Part shown: piece after piece, positions 12,862 through 26,457 of the stretch
Layout of the letters: each line of letters opens with the position of its first letter
How positions within the stretch are numbered: the first letter of the stretch is position 1
From: Nemertoderma westbladi
Lineage: Eukaryota > Animalia > Xenacoelomorpha
DNA length: 48,879 nucleotides
Assembly (NCBI GenBank): GCA_032718475.1
Contig: JAUCBJ010007272.1
Span: forward strand, 1 to 48,879
Direction of reading: 5' to 3'
The notes under the pieces: model-generated
The model's input: the letters and a program-made list of their open reading frames with translations, nothing else
Told to the model about the DNA's origin: nothing
Database searches by the model: none
Made by a program: the position numbers and the translations under genes

Positions 12862-13065
12862 CTAAGCGTTTAAACAAGGTGTCCCTGACGATACGATAAA
12901 GTTTTGGATCTGGCCGTTATCATTGAAGAAAACAACATATCGTCCAACATCACCTTTGCAATGAATTAAATCCACATTGTTGCCAGTTAGTGTCCCACAA
13001 GGAGTTGTACCACTTCCACCAAGACCGTTGAGGAGTGCTGGGTCAGTGTTGTTTGTCAGATAAAT
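12862..13065 (-). CDS. Lectin gene exon 6 (C-terminal half of F-type lectin domain, ends in stop)
   Basis: Acceptor TTTTGCAG|ATT in phase 0; IYLTN...CG...IHCKGDVGRYVVF matches the second half of an FTP domain. Confidence 0.8.
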   Translation of the reverse strand: MYLTNNTDPALLNGLGGSGTTPCGTLTGNNVDLIHCKGDVGRYVVFFNDNGQIQNFIVSSGTPCLNA

Positions 13066-14159
13066 CTGCAAAAATACATTGTTGAAGATTACGTTGTTGA
13101 AAGATGCGTTGTTGACGTTGTTAAATTGTTGTATTTAAAATGATTTTGTAAAGTGGCTGCTTGAATATTTTAATAAATAATTATTTAGATGTTGGTCAAT
13201 GTAGTAATTTTACATGTATATATTTTGGTAACTATTAATCAACTAGAAATAAATATATAAATTAACGCAATTCATATACTGGTCTGCGTTACATTAACAA
13301 TTTTTCTTATTTTGCAGACCCATTTTTAAACTCTCCTAAAAAATGTTTTTTTGGGAGGGAGAAACTCTGCCGGATAGTTCTGAAAGATGACAATTACCGA
13401 AAGCTAACAAAAGTTACTGAAAGTAATCGAAAAGGTTAAAGTCGGGGTGAAAGATATCCATTCACTGATAGGGTGCACATTTCTCACTTTCTTTGTTCGA
13501 TGGCATTCATAAACAAAAGTGATATGGGCTTTAATTCAAATAATTCCCTTTTAAATTCAAATATTCCATCGCGAAATATTAATTCACGAAGAGTAAGCTC
13601 TCTCTAAACTACAAGAGTGCTAGGCTTGTTCATTAGGTCTGACCTGCATTCCATTACTTGATTACCAGTAGGCTACTAGTACTACAGTCCCTACCCTGCC
13701 ACACCATCAGACCAGCTACCCCCTGACCATGTGGGGGCGCATTACAGCATTGATGATGGTCTATTCATTAAAAACTCTTATAATATTTAAAAAAAAATCG
13801 ATTCTGGTACTGATAACACGGCGATAGTAAAACCTGTAGGCCTCACCACTGCACCATCCCTTGAATACCAATATATATGTATTTATATCATTCTGCTGCA
13901 CATACAGCAATATATTATAACATGCACAATGTATATAAAAAAAATTATAAAAAATTTAATCGGTTCAGCGACTCACCGCAACAAATAGCGCAGCTAGTGC
14001 TATTGGGGTGAGCCACAATGGACAGCAGGATTAGGGGTGGGAAGGATTTTCGGAGAGGGACAGGAATGGGGGGAATGGGGGGGGGGGGGGGGGGCGGTGC
14101 TGGTGGATTGCTTCACGAATACTATTTTGATTGTTGGTTAATGATGTTGAGGATGATCA

Positions 14160-17100
14160 TTGTTCTATAAATTTGTTAAAAAGTCATAGTCTTAAAATTC
14201 AATTCAAAATTTAAATTCAAATTAAATGTTGCTATGAATCAAGGAGGACTTTTTTTGGTTCGTATCTCGACGGGCACCGAGTTCCAGATTATTGGCCCTC
14301 GAAAACTCACGGAACGTTGATAGGAAGCGAGGTGAAAAAGTGGAATGGTAAAATCACCACAGGCGGAGGAGCGAGTGTAATAGTTGTCAATTGTGGATCA
14401 TTTCTGGAAAAGTTTACTAAGTAATGAAGTGGTACTTATAAATTTTGAGTGAATATCGTGCATGAAAGTAGCAATGGAAAGTTCGTAGAGTTTGTTGAGT
14501 GGTAGAATTTTAAGTTGTTTGTATATGGGTAATGAGGAAGCCCGGTAGTGTGAAAAGGTAATACAAGGAATTAGTTTGTTAACGTTAGTGTGCAGTGGTT
14601 TAAGTAAAGAAGAGTTGGAGCTACCCCGTAGTATTATACCGTACTTGATGTAAAGATGAATTAGTGTAAAATGTAGAGTTCGGAGGATGTTAAGAGGAAA
14701 GATATGTTGAAGTTTATAAAAGATACTGGTAGATTTATATATTTTCTTAAGTACGTATTTAGTATGTGTTTTCATTGCATATTATCATCTAACCAAATAC
14801 CCAGTAATTTTGTATTATTTTGTGTATATTATATATTATGTATGTTATAATTTTGTGCGGTTTGTTTAATTTCGGTATCATTGATTTTAATTGGATGGTT
14901 GATTTTGTTTGTAGTGGCAATATTGGAAAAAATGGTGTATTCGTGTTTTTTTTAATTAAGGAGTAGTCTGTTATCAGTTAGCCAGTCATTGAGTTTTGAA
15001 AGTTCGTTGTTTGTGGTAGAGACTAGGAGGTCAATGTTTGAATGGGAGTTGAATGGAGTTGTGTCGTCGGCAAAAAGTGTGCGAAGTAAGTTGGGCAAAT
15101 CATTAATAAATATGGGGAAGAGTGTTTGGGCGAGACAAGATCCTTGTGGTACACCACATGATATCGGTAATAAAGTAGAGTTAATGCCGTCAATTGAGAC
15201 AAATTGGTTCCGATTGGATAGAAAATTCGAAATTAGTTTAAGAGGAATACCTCTAACACCATAGGGATCAAGTTTCTTTATAAGGATCTTGTGGTCTACA
15301 GTGTCGAAGGCCTTTTTAAGGTCAATATAAACTGCACAAGTTTTCTGATAGGAGTCGAGCATAGTGTAAATTTTTTCGCATATTGAAATCAATTGAAATC
15401 ATATTGAAATTTTATCGCATGCGAAGTGGAAGTTTTGGGATGGAAGCCGTATTGAGAGCTAGTGATTAGGTTGTATTTGTAAAGGTAAGACTGTAATTGT
15501 TCGTTTAAAATTTGTTCTAGAATTTTGCTGAAAATGGGAAGTAGAGATATGGGACGGTAATTGTTGGGGTCAGAAAGGTCATCCGATTTGAAAAGAGGAA
15601 TAACTTTGGCAATTTTTAAGGAGTTGGGAAAGAAGCCAGCAGAGATTGAAATATTAAATAAGTAACATAAATGGTGAGAAAGCTGTTCAGCTGCTATTGT
15701 AATGAGTTTAGGAGGAAAAGGATCATTGGAACTGGAATTTAATTTAAGGTGAATAATTCTATACTGTAGTTCAACCAGTGAAGTTTCCATATTTCCATAA
15801 TTGTGGCGACTTTGAGATAAAGATATAGATATAGAGTTTCTGGTAGGTAAAGTATTCTGCAGTTTAGAACCTACTGTTGCAAAATATGAATTAAAGGCGT
15901 CAGTGATCTCCCGGGGATCAGATATAATTTTTGTGTCCGAATCAGTTTTAATGACTAGTTTTTTTGGAGATGATCTCGATGAACATTTTTGTAAAACAGA
16001 ATTGATGATAAACCATGATTGCGAATATTGTTTGAGTTATTGTCAAATTGTTGAAAAAAAATATTTTTTTCAGCTGCTCTCAGAGTTGATGTTAGTCAGC
16101 TACGGTAAAAGGTGAACCATTAGTGATTGGTTTCGGTTTTATTTTTTAGATAATTACGGAACAGTTTGTCCTTTGTGTGAATGGATTTGAGTAAGCTGTC
16201 ACTACTACTACTACTAGGATCGGCATGCTGCATTGCAGCTGCATTTTTAAGACTGCTGTGCCGGCTTGTCGACAAAATTACGCCGCCACAACTCCCTATC
16301 ACCCATGACATTTGCTAGATCATCCACATCTTCAAGGCCAGTGTCCTTTAAGATGCGTGTCAAGAAAGTCATGGGCTGTCCACCATGCTTATTCACTCGA
16401 TGAGGCCGCCAAAGCACAAGATTATGCACTGGCTGGTCCTCACCGCGAAAGCAATGTCCTGCAAAGTGGGGGCGATTTTGTTCTAGTGTAAAGCTTGGGG
16501 GAACCAATGAGACACCTCCAATGTTATATAGTGTCTGGTTGGATATGTGTGCATTGTGCATTGCATCTGTGTCACCGTCAACAGTAGACACAAATGTTGT
16601 CGAACCATCGTATACTGATCTGATTGCTGCAATAATTTCATCAGGAATCCCATATAATGAAAGTATGCCGAACATACGTGAGCGAGAGACTGAATCAAAG
16701 GCCTTGAAGAAGTCAACAAAGATAACAGCCAGATGCCTGTCTTTCTTTTTTGATAACTCTTCAATTATCCTTCTAAGTGCCAAAATTGTCTCCATGGTCC
16801 CACGACCTTTACGGAACCCATTCTGATTTCCACGGAGCAGTCTCTCAATGGGATCCCTGATGCGATTTAATAGAATTATATTGTATAGTTTTGCAGCAAT
16901 CGAGATCAATGAGATTCCCCCAAAAGAACCACAGAGTGTTAGGTTGCCCTTCTTGGGAACTGGCACCAACTTATTTGTTTTCATTTCTTGTGGGACTCTT
17001 GTTGTTCGGTACATGTCTACTATGATGGGATAGATGAGCTTTAAACACTCAGGTATTTTAAAGACCTCATGGGGAACACCATCTACTCCACTGGCACGAT

Positions 17101-18120
17101 TTGTCTTAATGCTCTTTGCAGCAGCCTTCACTTCTGCAAAGGAGATATCACCAATGGGAATATCTGGGAGTACAGACTCCGACACTTTTACTTCTATAAA
17201 GTTATCAGGCAATACCCTGTCATTATTGAGGAGCTTTTCAAAGTGGGCCTTCCAACCATTGAGGCGATCGGCTGGTGATTCAGCCTTAACCTTGGTGGTT
17301 GGTTGGCTTTTTCGACCAGCAAGCAAGTTCATCGATCTCCATGCCTGGGATGATTTCATTGATGGCATCAACCTGTTGGTTTATTAGCTCCTGTAAATTA
17401 ACAGAGTACTGCCTGTTCAGGGACCTAGATGCAGCCTTAACTGCATTCTTGGCCGCTGTAGTCTGTTTGAGTCGAGACTCTTTCTGCGCCTTGTAGAGGT
17501 CATTTTGGCATTTCTGAATTTTGTTGTCAGTCCAGGGGGCCCGTTTCCTGTTTCGAGGGTATACAGGAACTGTTTCTGCAGCTGCTAACTTAACTGCCTC
17601 TGTGAAGGCAGTATAGCCCTCACAGTGATCTGCCGCCTCAGAGGCAAGAACCTCATACCTGTTACTCAGCTGTAGTGTGAAGCTGGATCTCACACTTGGG
17701 TGTTGGAACAGAGAGGACCAGTCATGCCGCGGCAAGGCAGATTTCGTTGTTCTGCTAGCACGCAGACTAAGTCTTACCTTGGCCACAATAAGGCGGTGAT
17801 CACTGGAAAAGGGTCGTAGTGTAAATGCATTACAGTCTTGTATAGAGCTCTTGTAAAGCTGTCACTAATCCAAGGTTTAATCGGTCGATTTTTGTGGTTA
17901 TAAATTTTAGTAGGTAAATTGTCAGTACAATATTTTCGTAAAGTCTTTGTAAAAGTGGTCAAATTTTAAATGCAAAGGAATTGATTCGTCCATGTAAGTC
18001 CAATTGGACGTTGAGTTAATATCCCGAAGAAAGCGTTTAGAATCGAATTTTGAAAAGTCATAAGATGTTCGAGGTTTTGGATTGTTAAAAACACAATAAA
18101 TTTTTGAAGGATGATGAAAG
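14160..18120 (-). mobile_element. L2/CR1-group LINE, 5'-truncated and decayed, split by an RTE insertion
   Basis: KPWISDS|LLKSIHTKDKL, NYRPISLLPIFSKILE, DLKKAFDTVDH, GVPQGS, LFADDT, LPIYKQLKIL; frameshifted. Boundaries approximate. Confidence 0.88.
16205..17855 (-). mobile_element. RTE-clade LINE copy (family A) with the RT core internally deleted
   Basis: 12-bp TSD AAGCTGTCACTA (16193-16204 / 17856-17867); (TAG)n tail; PVPKKG, NQNGFRKGR, FVDFFKAFDSV; the QGD..FADD segment present in sibling copies is missing. Confidence 0.9.
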
Positions 18121-19203
18121 TCGAGTTCTGAGTCCCACAATCTGGAACTCAGGACATTCAGATACTTTCAAAGAATCGCTCACATATATTGCTGTCCTAC
18201 CTCGTCTGGAATTTCCACCATGACAATAACTAAGAATTGGTGGAAAATTTACCAGTACTCAGTTTGTACTGTAAGCCATCCTTCAGTGTAATGCAGTAAT
18301 GCGCCACCATGCGGTCAGACAGTAACCGGACTGAATCTGATGGTAGCAGAGTACAGGAGTAGGGAGGGCCCCAGTACTGCTACTGCAGTAGCCTAGTCTA
18401 GCATTGTATTACAACAATCCTTACTGCTGTACTGCATCGGTGAATGTAGTATGTTTCGCTAATGTTTATTTCAAATTAAACGGCAAATATTTGAATTAGA
18501 GCCCATATCTTATTTGTTTATGAATGATGTCTGAAGTTTGAAAGTGCAAAATGTGACCCCTATCAGTAGATGGATAGCTTTCGCCCCTGCTTTAACCTTT
18601 TCGATAATTTTCGCATTACTTTCAGTAGCTTTCGTTAGCTATCGATAAATTGTCCTCTTTCAGAACAGTATCCAACTCTGCCTGGGTGAACCTTAATTAG
18701 CAGTGAGATGCCAAGTAGTAGTAACTGTAGTAGTAAAATAAATATCTACAATAACATATGAAATTAATTACAAAAATATTTTACACATGTAGGCCTAGAA
18801 AACTTAATGTTCGCAGGAGTGCTAGAGAAAGCTGGAAGCCTAGAATGACAGGTGTATTTTCAACTGCTGTAAACAATGTACATTATTATAATATTGTTTA
18901 TAGCTTTCCAGCTATGTGCACCTTGGTCTTAATATACTCTACTGGGTAAATACAATATTAGGCTAATTAGTGTAATGGCTAATAAGTATGCCAATGTTTC
19001 AGTGATTAGACCAGACAACCATAAACAATAATTATACCCTACATGATTGAGAAGACCGCCATGAACAGCCTAGTAAACAACAACAGGTGGGATTAAATTA
19101 TTTATGCCTGTTTGGTGATACATAGTACTGCATTACGGTAAACACTACTGTTCTAGTAGGTTGCCAGAGCTGTTGTTTAGAATGCCCTGGTTCAGTATCA
19201 TAC

Positions 19204-19445
19204 CCTGGCTCCAGCTGATCGCGCCCCGCAGCAATCCACTCTATTGTAGAAATGAACCTGTCCCACAGCAACATTCGCCTGAAGATCAACCCACCACCAT
19301 TCTGCTGCATTGATGTTTGTACCGGTACAGGAGCCAGCCGCCCAATCACCATTAGTATTACCATCGACTGCCATTGATGGGTTTACCTGTATCGATTGGG
19401 TATATATACTACTTTGACCTGTTGGTTTTCCTCTGGCTATGTTTC
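19204..19445 (-). CDS. Lectin gene exon 5 (F-type lectin/fucolectin N-terminal part)
   Basis: TTCAG|GA phase 1 to AGG|GTATGA phase 0; NIARGKPTGQSS...AVDGN...WWWVDL...YNRVDCCGAR. Confidence 0.9.
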
Positions 19446-19779
19446 CTGAATATTTAAAATAAATAATTATATTATCATATGAAATGAAATGAATCATGAG
19501 AAACAATAATTTAATAATAATCTAATTAATTTATTGATTGTGATATAGTCATCTAACTTGTTTTATGATAATAATTGTTCGAGGTTATCATACTGTAGTA
19601 ATTAGCGAAACACAGGCTTCAAAAACTAACCTGTGATGTACCTCAAGAAGTTAATGGTGCAATTCACCAAATATGTGTTTTGTGGCTTTAAAAACTTCAT
19701 TTAATTTAACTTAAGGGAAAGGAGCAGGTTACAGTATCGGTTTTGTTAACCAAAACAATAAACAAAACCAACTGACACT

Positions 19780-21258
19780 GATACTCAGATAGTCCACCTA
19801 ATTCCAATGTTCCAGGGAGAAAAACAGTACAACCCTAAGGATCTGTTCTCTGCCTCTGCTAGCCCAGATTCCAGTCGATATGCTTGGGTGGCTCCTTGGC
19901 CACAACCCAGGTGAGGACCCTCAAATACGTAGCATCTCAAGCGCAGTTTCAATGCTGCAGGCCGATTATAGTTGAAGCCCATGACCTATAGACACTAAGC
20001 ATAAGCTTTCTCTTATCACAGTGGGTATTCAGGAACATCGAATGCAGACTGGACAGACTGATGAGGTTCTGATTAAGGACATGAGGGGCGGTTGGGGACT
20101 CGCCCTCGCATCAGCAGATGATTGTGGCAATGGTGTAATTGGTCTATTGATGAATCCAACTGCACATGCAGCATTGGACAAAATAGTGCAAATCTCTAAC
20201 TGCATCATCTGTTGCCACTTCTCATATTCTGGAAGACTGGCTAAGAAGTTTCCTAAGGTGGTTCTGATTGTGTGCTACTCTCCAACTAGTGTTGCCCCTG
20301 TAGAGAAGGTGGAAAACGAACTGGAAAGCTATGGACTCATTGTGGACCCAGTGGTCACAAGTCCCAGATAGACCATATTCTGTTTCACCAGAAATACAGG
20401 AGCTCTATACAAGACTGTAATGAATTTACACTTCGACCCTTCTCCAGTGATCACCACCTTATTGTGGCTAAGGTAAGACTTAGTCTGGGTGCTAGCACAA
20501 CAACGAAATCTGCCTTTCCGCGTCATGACTGGTCCTCTCTGTTGCAACAGCCAAATGTGAGATCCAGCTTCACACTACAGCTGAGCAACAGGTGTATGAG
20601 GTTCTTGCCTCTGAGGCGGCAGATCACTGTGAGGGCTATGCTGCCTTAAGAGAAGCAGTTAAGTTAGCAGCTGCAGAAACAGTTCCTGTATACCCTCAAA
20701 ACAGGAAAAGGGCCCCCTGGATTGACAACAAAATTCAGAAGTGCCGAAATGACCTCTATAAGGCGCAGAAAGAGTCCCGACTCAAACAGACTACAGTGGC
20801 CAAGAATACAGTTAAAGCTGCAGCTAGGTCCCTGAACAGGCAGTACTCTGTTAATCTACAGGAACTTATAAACCAACAGCTTGATGCCATTAAAGATGCT
20901 CACGACGGCAGGTAATCATCCCAGGCATGGAAATCGATCAACTTGCTTACTGGGAGGAAAACCCAACCAACCACAAAGATTAAGGGAGAATCATCAGCTG
21001 ATTGCCTATTTTGGAAGGCCCCCTTTGAAAATGACATGGTATTGCCCAATAACTTTATAGAAGTAATAGTGTCTGAGTCTGTACTCCCAGATATTCCAAT
21101 TGGCGATATCTCCTTTGAAGAAGTGAAGGCTGCTGCAAAGAGCATTAAGACCAAGCATGCCAGTGGAGTAGATGGTGTTCCCCCCTGAGGTCTTTAAAAT
21201 ACCTGAGTATTTAAAGCTCATCTATCCTATCATAGTAAACATGTTCAGAACAACATCC
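19780..21258 (+). mobile_element. RTE family A 5' portion (AP endonuclease and linker), decayed
   Basis: GIQEHR and VCYSPTS endonuclease motifs; near-identical to the reverse complement of about 16990-17855. Left boundary approximate. Confidence 0.82.
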
Positions 21259-21260
21259 CA

Positions 21261-22582
21261 TACTACTAGGATCGGCATGCTGCATTGCAGCTGCATTTTT
21301 AAGAATGCTGTGCCGGCTTGTCAACAAAATTGCACTGCCACAACTCCCTATCACCCATGACATTTGCTAGATCATCCGCATTTTCAAGGCCAGTGTCCTT
21401 TAAGATGCGTCTCAAGAAAGTCATGGGCTGTCCACCATGCTTATTCACTCCATGAGGCTGCCAAAGTACAAGATTATGCACTGGCTGGTCCTCACGGCGA
21501 AAGCAATGTCCTGCAAAGCGGAGGCGATTTTGTTCTAGTGTCAAGCTTGGGGGAACCAATGAGACACCTCCAATGTTATATAGTGTCTGGTTGGAGATGT
21601 GTGCATTCTACTTGACACAATGAACCCGGCGTAGCATTCTTGTGAATGTGCCATCCAGATATTTGGTGTCCTCAGCAGTTAGAGTCCAGCATGGACTCCC
21701 ATAGAGGAGTACTGGAACTACTGCTGCTCTAAATAACCGGACCTTAAGTTTCCGATTAATTCTCGGTGACTTCCAAATCCTGGAAAGCCTATTCAAGACT
21801 GCCCATGCTTTTCCCTTACGTATTCGAAGGTCCTCACCTGACTTCCGGATCCATGATCCCAGGTAACAGAAGTCATCCACATGCTCAAGCATACCATCTT
21901 TTGAGCTTATGCTCATCCGATCAGAGACTTGCTGAGGACTTTCAAAGTTAACTGTAAAAATTTTGGTCTTTCTGGAGTTAATAAAAAGACCAACACTAGA
22001 AGCAGCATGTTCTAATGAGCTGAGGAGCCGTTGGGCTCCCTCTAGTGTTTCTGAGAGTACTCCTAAGTCATCAGCAAAGTCTAGATCAGTTAGGTACTTG
22101 GCAGGATTTCCTCGACTTCTGGAGCCAGTAGGTGGAGTTATCATCACCCCATCATCATTATGATGATCTAAGGACATGCGTAGAACATAGTCAACAACAA
22201 TTATGAACAAGAATGGTGCAAGTGTGTCTCCCTGGAGGACGCCCCATAACACTTCAAATGGTTCTGTGTCACCGTCAACAGTAGACACAAATGTTGGCGA
22301 ACCATCGTATACTGATCTGATTGCTGCAATAATTTCATCAGGAATCCCATATAATGAAAGTATGCTGAACATACGTGAGCGAGAGACTGAATCAAAGGCC
22401 TTGAAGAAGTCAACAAAGATAACAGCCAGATGCCTGTCTTTCTTTATTGATAACTCATCTAAGTGCCAAAATGGGCTCCATGGTCCCACGACCTTTACGG
22501 AACCCATTCTGATTTCCACGGAGCAGTCTCTCAATGGGACCCCTGATGCGATTTTATAGAATTATATTGTATAGCTTTGCAG
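21261..22582 (-). mobile_element. RTE family A 3' portion with RT core
   Basis: GVLQGDTLAPFLF, LDFADDL, FCYLGS, VPVLLYG; (TAG)n tail at 21261. Confidence 0.9.
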
Positions 22583-22785
22583 TAGGGGCAGAACCAGTTT
22601 GAGTTTGAGTTTTGGAAGTTAGTGTAGTCTTTTCGGGAGAGGGTCAGCGAGATACATTTTAAGTGTAGCCATTGATTGCAATGGTCGCAACAGAGTGCCT
22701 GGTGATTCTGCCTTACCTCTGAACGGCATATTTGACAAGGGTGGTTCTGATTAATCGTGATGCTTATTGGTTTGCGGATAGCCAT
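22580..22785 (-). pseudogene. PHD-finger fragment typical of the N-terminus of CR1/L2 LINE ORFs
   Basis: CQIC...CCDHCNQWLHLKC...WFCPYC (C4HC3), cut off by the RTE copy. Confidence 0.7.
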
Positions 22786-23924
22786 TGAAAAAAAAGTAAT
22801 TAGTAGAAATAGCGGCTATACATGAGATATGAATATACCTTACATATGAGTATTGAGTAATACTACAAATAGATTATTTATTTAATTAGTTTAATCAGTT
22901 ACATACATACATACCTACTGCGTTACATCCTACTGAGTTATATGTTTTGATTTCAAGCAATATGATAAAGATTTGTAGAAAAATTTGGGGGGGGGGGGGG
23001 GTGGGTCCGTGTCATCAGAAAATGACACTATATTACGGGTCATGGTGAATATGTTCAAGGTCCGGATGGTATAAAATAATATTCTAGACGTCCATCATGT
23101 ATTTGTTTAGGCCTTCCAGAAATTTTGATGTTTCCGTAGTTCTACCTATAATAAGTATTAATAAATAATATTAATAAAGTTTGCAAAATTTCGCAAAAAT
23201 GGCCAAAGAATTGTTCAAATTCGTTGCCCTAATGGATGATTATGAGGTAGTAGCTGTATCATAAAAGGTAGAAGCTAGCTATTTTGTGAGTGTCCATGTT
23301 AGTATTATATTTACAAATAAATTTTGTTCTAGAACTAATACATTTAGTTACAGAAATTTAATTGTTTTTGTATATGTTTTGTTACATATAAATACACTAA
23401 GAGGCAACTCTATTCAGCAGCAGTAAGTATTTCTTACTTACATATTACGAATAGTCCTAACTATAGAATTATCCGATGAGTCAATTATTTTAAATAAACT
23501 ATTAATAGAACTATATCTGATATGAACAACCGTTGGTAAGTTTAGATTACCAAATGCCATAGTAATACTCGTAGTAATTCTAGGTAAGACAGTGCTAGCA
23601 TTGTGTGGCACATAATAAATCCAAATGTTTAATTGTTATCAAAATATTTGGCATAATAATATGCTATTCGAAATATTGTGGTTCTCATCGACCTTAGTAC
23701 AGTGAGTACAGTACTAGTGATTGTTTCTACACAATGATTAAATAATTATATCTATAATAATATGAGGTATGGGGTTATTTGAAGAACAGTGTTAGCTGTA
23801 ATTTGATGTATTTTCGGTTTTATATTGACATAGTTTGTAACAGTCTTCTTCATAACTTTCAATCCAGTTTATTTATTATTAGTATTACTGAAGGTCATTT
23901 AATAAGGTCTGTATTGAATCTAAC

Positions 23925-24086
23925 CTGGATCCACCTCGCAACGTTTGTTACTGCCAATACAAGAAGTCACTCCTATGGGTCTTTGTGGTGTATCACATGT
24001 TCTTTTCGCGATTACGTTTTGATTGTCGGTGCACTCACTTTGTACATCGTTGTCCCATTTTCCCCATTCGCCCCATATGCCATCAC
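23925..24086 (-). CDS. Lectin gene exon 4 (thrombospondin type-1-like repeat)
   Basis: TTTTAG|GT to CCAG|GTTAGA, 162 nt, phase 1-1; DGIWGEWGKWDNDVQSECTDNQNVIAKRTCDTPQRPIGVTSCIGSNKRCEVDP. Confidence 0.85.
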
Positions 24087-24195
24087 CTAAAATATATTAT
24101 CATATATAATTATCATTATTATTATTCGCAACATGAAAAAAATAGCTGTTATAGTTAGATAGAACAGAATGCATATAATGCATAATTTTACAATG

Positions 24196-24588
24196 TGCAC
24201 TTCACGAGGATGCTATGCCGGGTTCATTGTGTCAAGTACAATGCACACATCTCCAACCAGACACTATATAACATTGGAGGTGTCTCATTGGTTCCCCCGA
24301 GCTTGACACTAGAACAAAGTCGCCTCCGCTTTGCAGGACATAGCTTTTGCCCTGAGGACCAGCCAGTGCATAATCTTGTGCTTTGGCAGCCTCATGGAGT
24401 GAATAATCATGGTGGACAGCCCATGACTTTCTTGAGACGCACCTTAAAGGACACTTTCCTTGAAGATGCGGATGATCTAACAAATGTCATGGGTGATAGG
24501 GAGTTGTGGCGGCGCAATTTTGTCGACAAGCCGGCACAGCATTCTTAAAAATGCAGCTGCAATGCAGCATGCCGATCCTAGTAGTAGT
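24196..24588 (+). mobile_element. RTE family A short 3' fragment
   Basis: Matches the family 3' end and finishes GCCGATCCTAGTAGTAGT. Confidence 0.88.
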
Positions 24589-25059
24589 GAAATTCTTGAT
24601 AACATCAGTGTGCCAATAAACAGGCATTTCCTTTTGAATAAACTTATTATCCATTGCATTAAACTCATTTGCTTTTAAACGCATTTAAACTCATTAAACT
24701 CAGTTGCTTAAACCATTTGAACGGAGTATGTTGGGACCTGTAGATGAGCCAAGGCATTCGATAAATACCTTCTCTACCAAAATTTCTAGGATATGGTGAT
24801 GGCAAGATAAATTATGAAGATTCAATTTCATAATTTATTAATTACTGAATCATTACACATGCTCCACTGTTTCCCCCAGTATTAACAGCAGTGGTATTAA
24901 AAGACATTGCCTGAACCTGATCTGAAACTCTCCAATCTTCTAAAGCATCAACAACAGCTGCAGAAATCAGTTCACCAGTATCAGATGATAGGTTTGGGAT
25001 AGGTCGGGGTTAGAGGAATGGGAGGTGTGGTACTATTTTATTGGAAATCTCTCTGTATG

Positions 25060-25270
25060 GATGTCGCTTACATTTCCTTTGGCAATGACATAGTTGGCAT
25101 CAAGAGACACCTTCCCCAAGTTAGATGAACAAGGTTATGGATGTAAACTTGGTGACGTCTGGCTGGGCGTCGTCTCTTATGCGGATAGCATCCTTATAAT
25201 GGTGAGGTCAGCTGCAGAAGCACAACATAACGTTGCTGTCATCACTCGAAGTCCACAAGCCATTAGCCTA
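25060..25270 (+). mobile_element. Old LINE RT relic
   Basis: GCKLGDVWLGVVSYADSILI resembles a YADD motif region. Confidence 0.45.
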
Positions 25271-26196
25271 GATGTTTTTCATTACTGGATGTACAGCTTG
25301 ACTAAACTTAAAGGGTGTGAAACACACACGAATATTATGGTACTTCAATGTGTCCGTCAATTCTCCCTTCGGGCAAGTAATGGGCATATTGTGTTGTGTA
25401 ATCATATCAGCTATAGACGCTGGTGAAAGGGGGGGGGGGGGGGGGGGGGGGGGTAGGGCATTCAGTATCAAAGGCCGGAGTATTATATATATTACAATAT
25501 TATGTATATTATATAATATTATATTTATATATATATAACAAAATATAAATTACAATTCTATGTTTTCTACAGTACTATTTTGCATATATATTTTATTGTT
25601 TATTTTATTTTATTTATTTATATTTGATTTTATTCGTTTTGTTCGTTAGTTTTACCTGATGTACTACACATATTATTATGCCATCATTTATCTTATGTGT
25701 CAATGTAAACCTTATTGACGTGCTGTTTAATGGTTCACCTAGACATATTTTACTTTAAAGATAATATAGTGTCGGCTTGACCGACTTCCTTATGTTAATA
25801 ATTAAAAAATGGTGCTAATGATCGCATACACAAAATGTGTGTTAAATTGGTTTGAAAAATCATCATTTAATAGCATCATCAAGAAATATCATAATTTAAA
25901 GGAAATGAGCAGGTTACAATGGCGGTGTTTTCTAACTAATACAAAATAATGAGTCTTTATTTCTCTTGCGGTCAATTTGCGCCACTATCTGTCAGCTTGT
26001 GTATGACGTCAGTGACTGATCTTACAACAAGTTTCCTCAATAATAAATTTATTTTCGTCATATCCTGCTTTTTTGTTTGAGTGCGCTCATCTCATCTGCT
26101 CTTTTATGACCTTTGCGATTATTGACTCATAGGTTGTACATGTACAAATTTCGAGTTGTGCCAGGGTAATTGATTTATTATCTTTTATTACTGTTC

Positions 26197-26457
26197 AAGC
26201 AAAGCAAGCAAGGCCGGCCGGCAAGCAAGGCAAACAGTCGGCCGAGGCCGGAGGCGACCCGAAGGTTCCTCTTTCGATAGCTGCTACCCGAGGGTAGGGG
26301 TGGGCGCTACTCCAATCCCAAGATTTGCTCCCAGTTATTTAACTGGTACTCGTTTTATCGACCCCAGTGGATGAAAGGCTGAGTGGACCCTGGCGGGGCT
26401 GAACCTACAACCACTAGAATGCAGGCCCGGCGCTCAACCAACTGAGCTACCCCGCCG
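26197..26457 (-). mobile_element. tRNA-derived SINE, full length
   Basis: Head GGCGGGGTAGCTCAGTTGG (A box) and GGTTCAGCCC (B-box-like); core CTCAGCCTTTCATCC...GGTCGATAAAACGAGTACC resembling a conserved SINE core; TTGC-rich tail; 10-bp TSD ATTACTGTTC (26187-26196 / 26458-26467). Confidence 0.88.

Larger units (their letters stand above)
13372..18673. mobile_element. MULE/Mutator-like non-autonomous element hosting nested LINEs
   Basis: Long imperfect TIRs (about 13372-13560 vs 18485-18673, with weaker similarity out to about 400 bp) starting GGATA; 9-bp TSD AACTCTGCC (13363-13371 / 18674-18682). Confidence 0.85.

Noticed and set aside
19780-22582. Twin-priming 5' inversion of a single RTE
   Set aside because: The (TAG)n tail is at the internal junction rather than the outer end, so two insertions or a rearrangement fit better.
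22580-22785. PHD fragment as the 5' end of the L2 at 14160-18120, or as a host gene exon
   Set aside because: It lies outside the MULE that encloses that L2, a lectin exon intervenes, and it is not needed for the gene's splice phases.
26385-26457. tRNA gene
   Set aside because: It is the head of a SINE with core, tail and TSD; the B box is imperfect.
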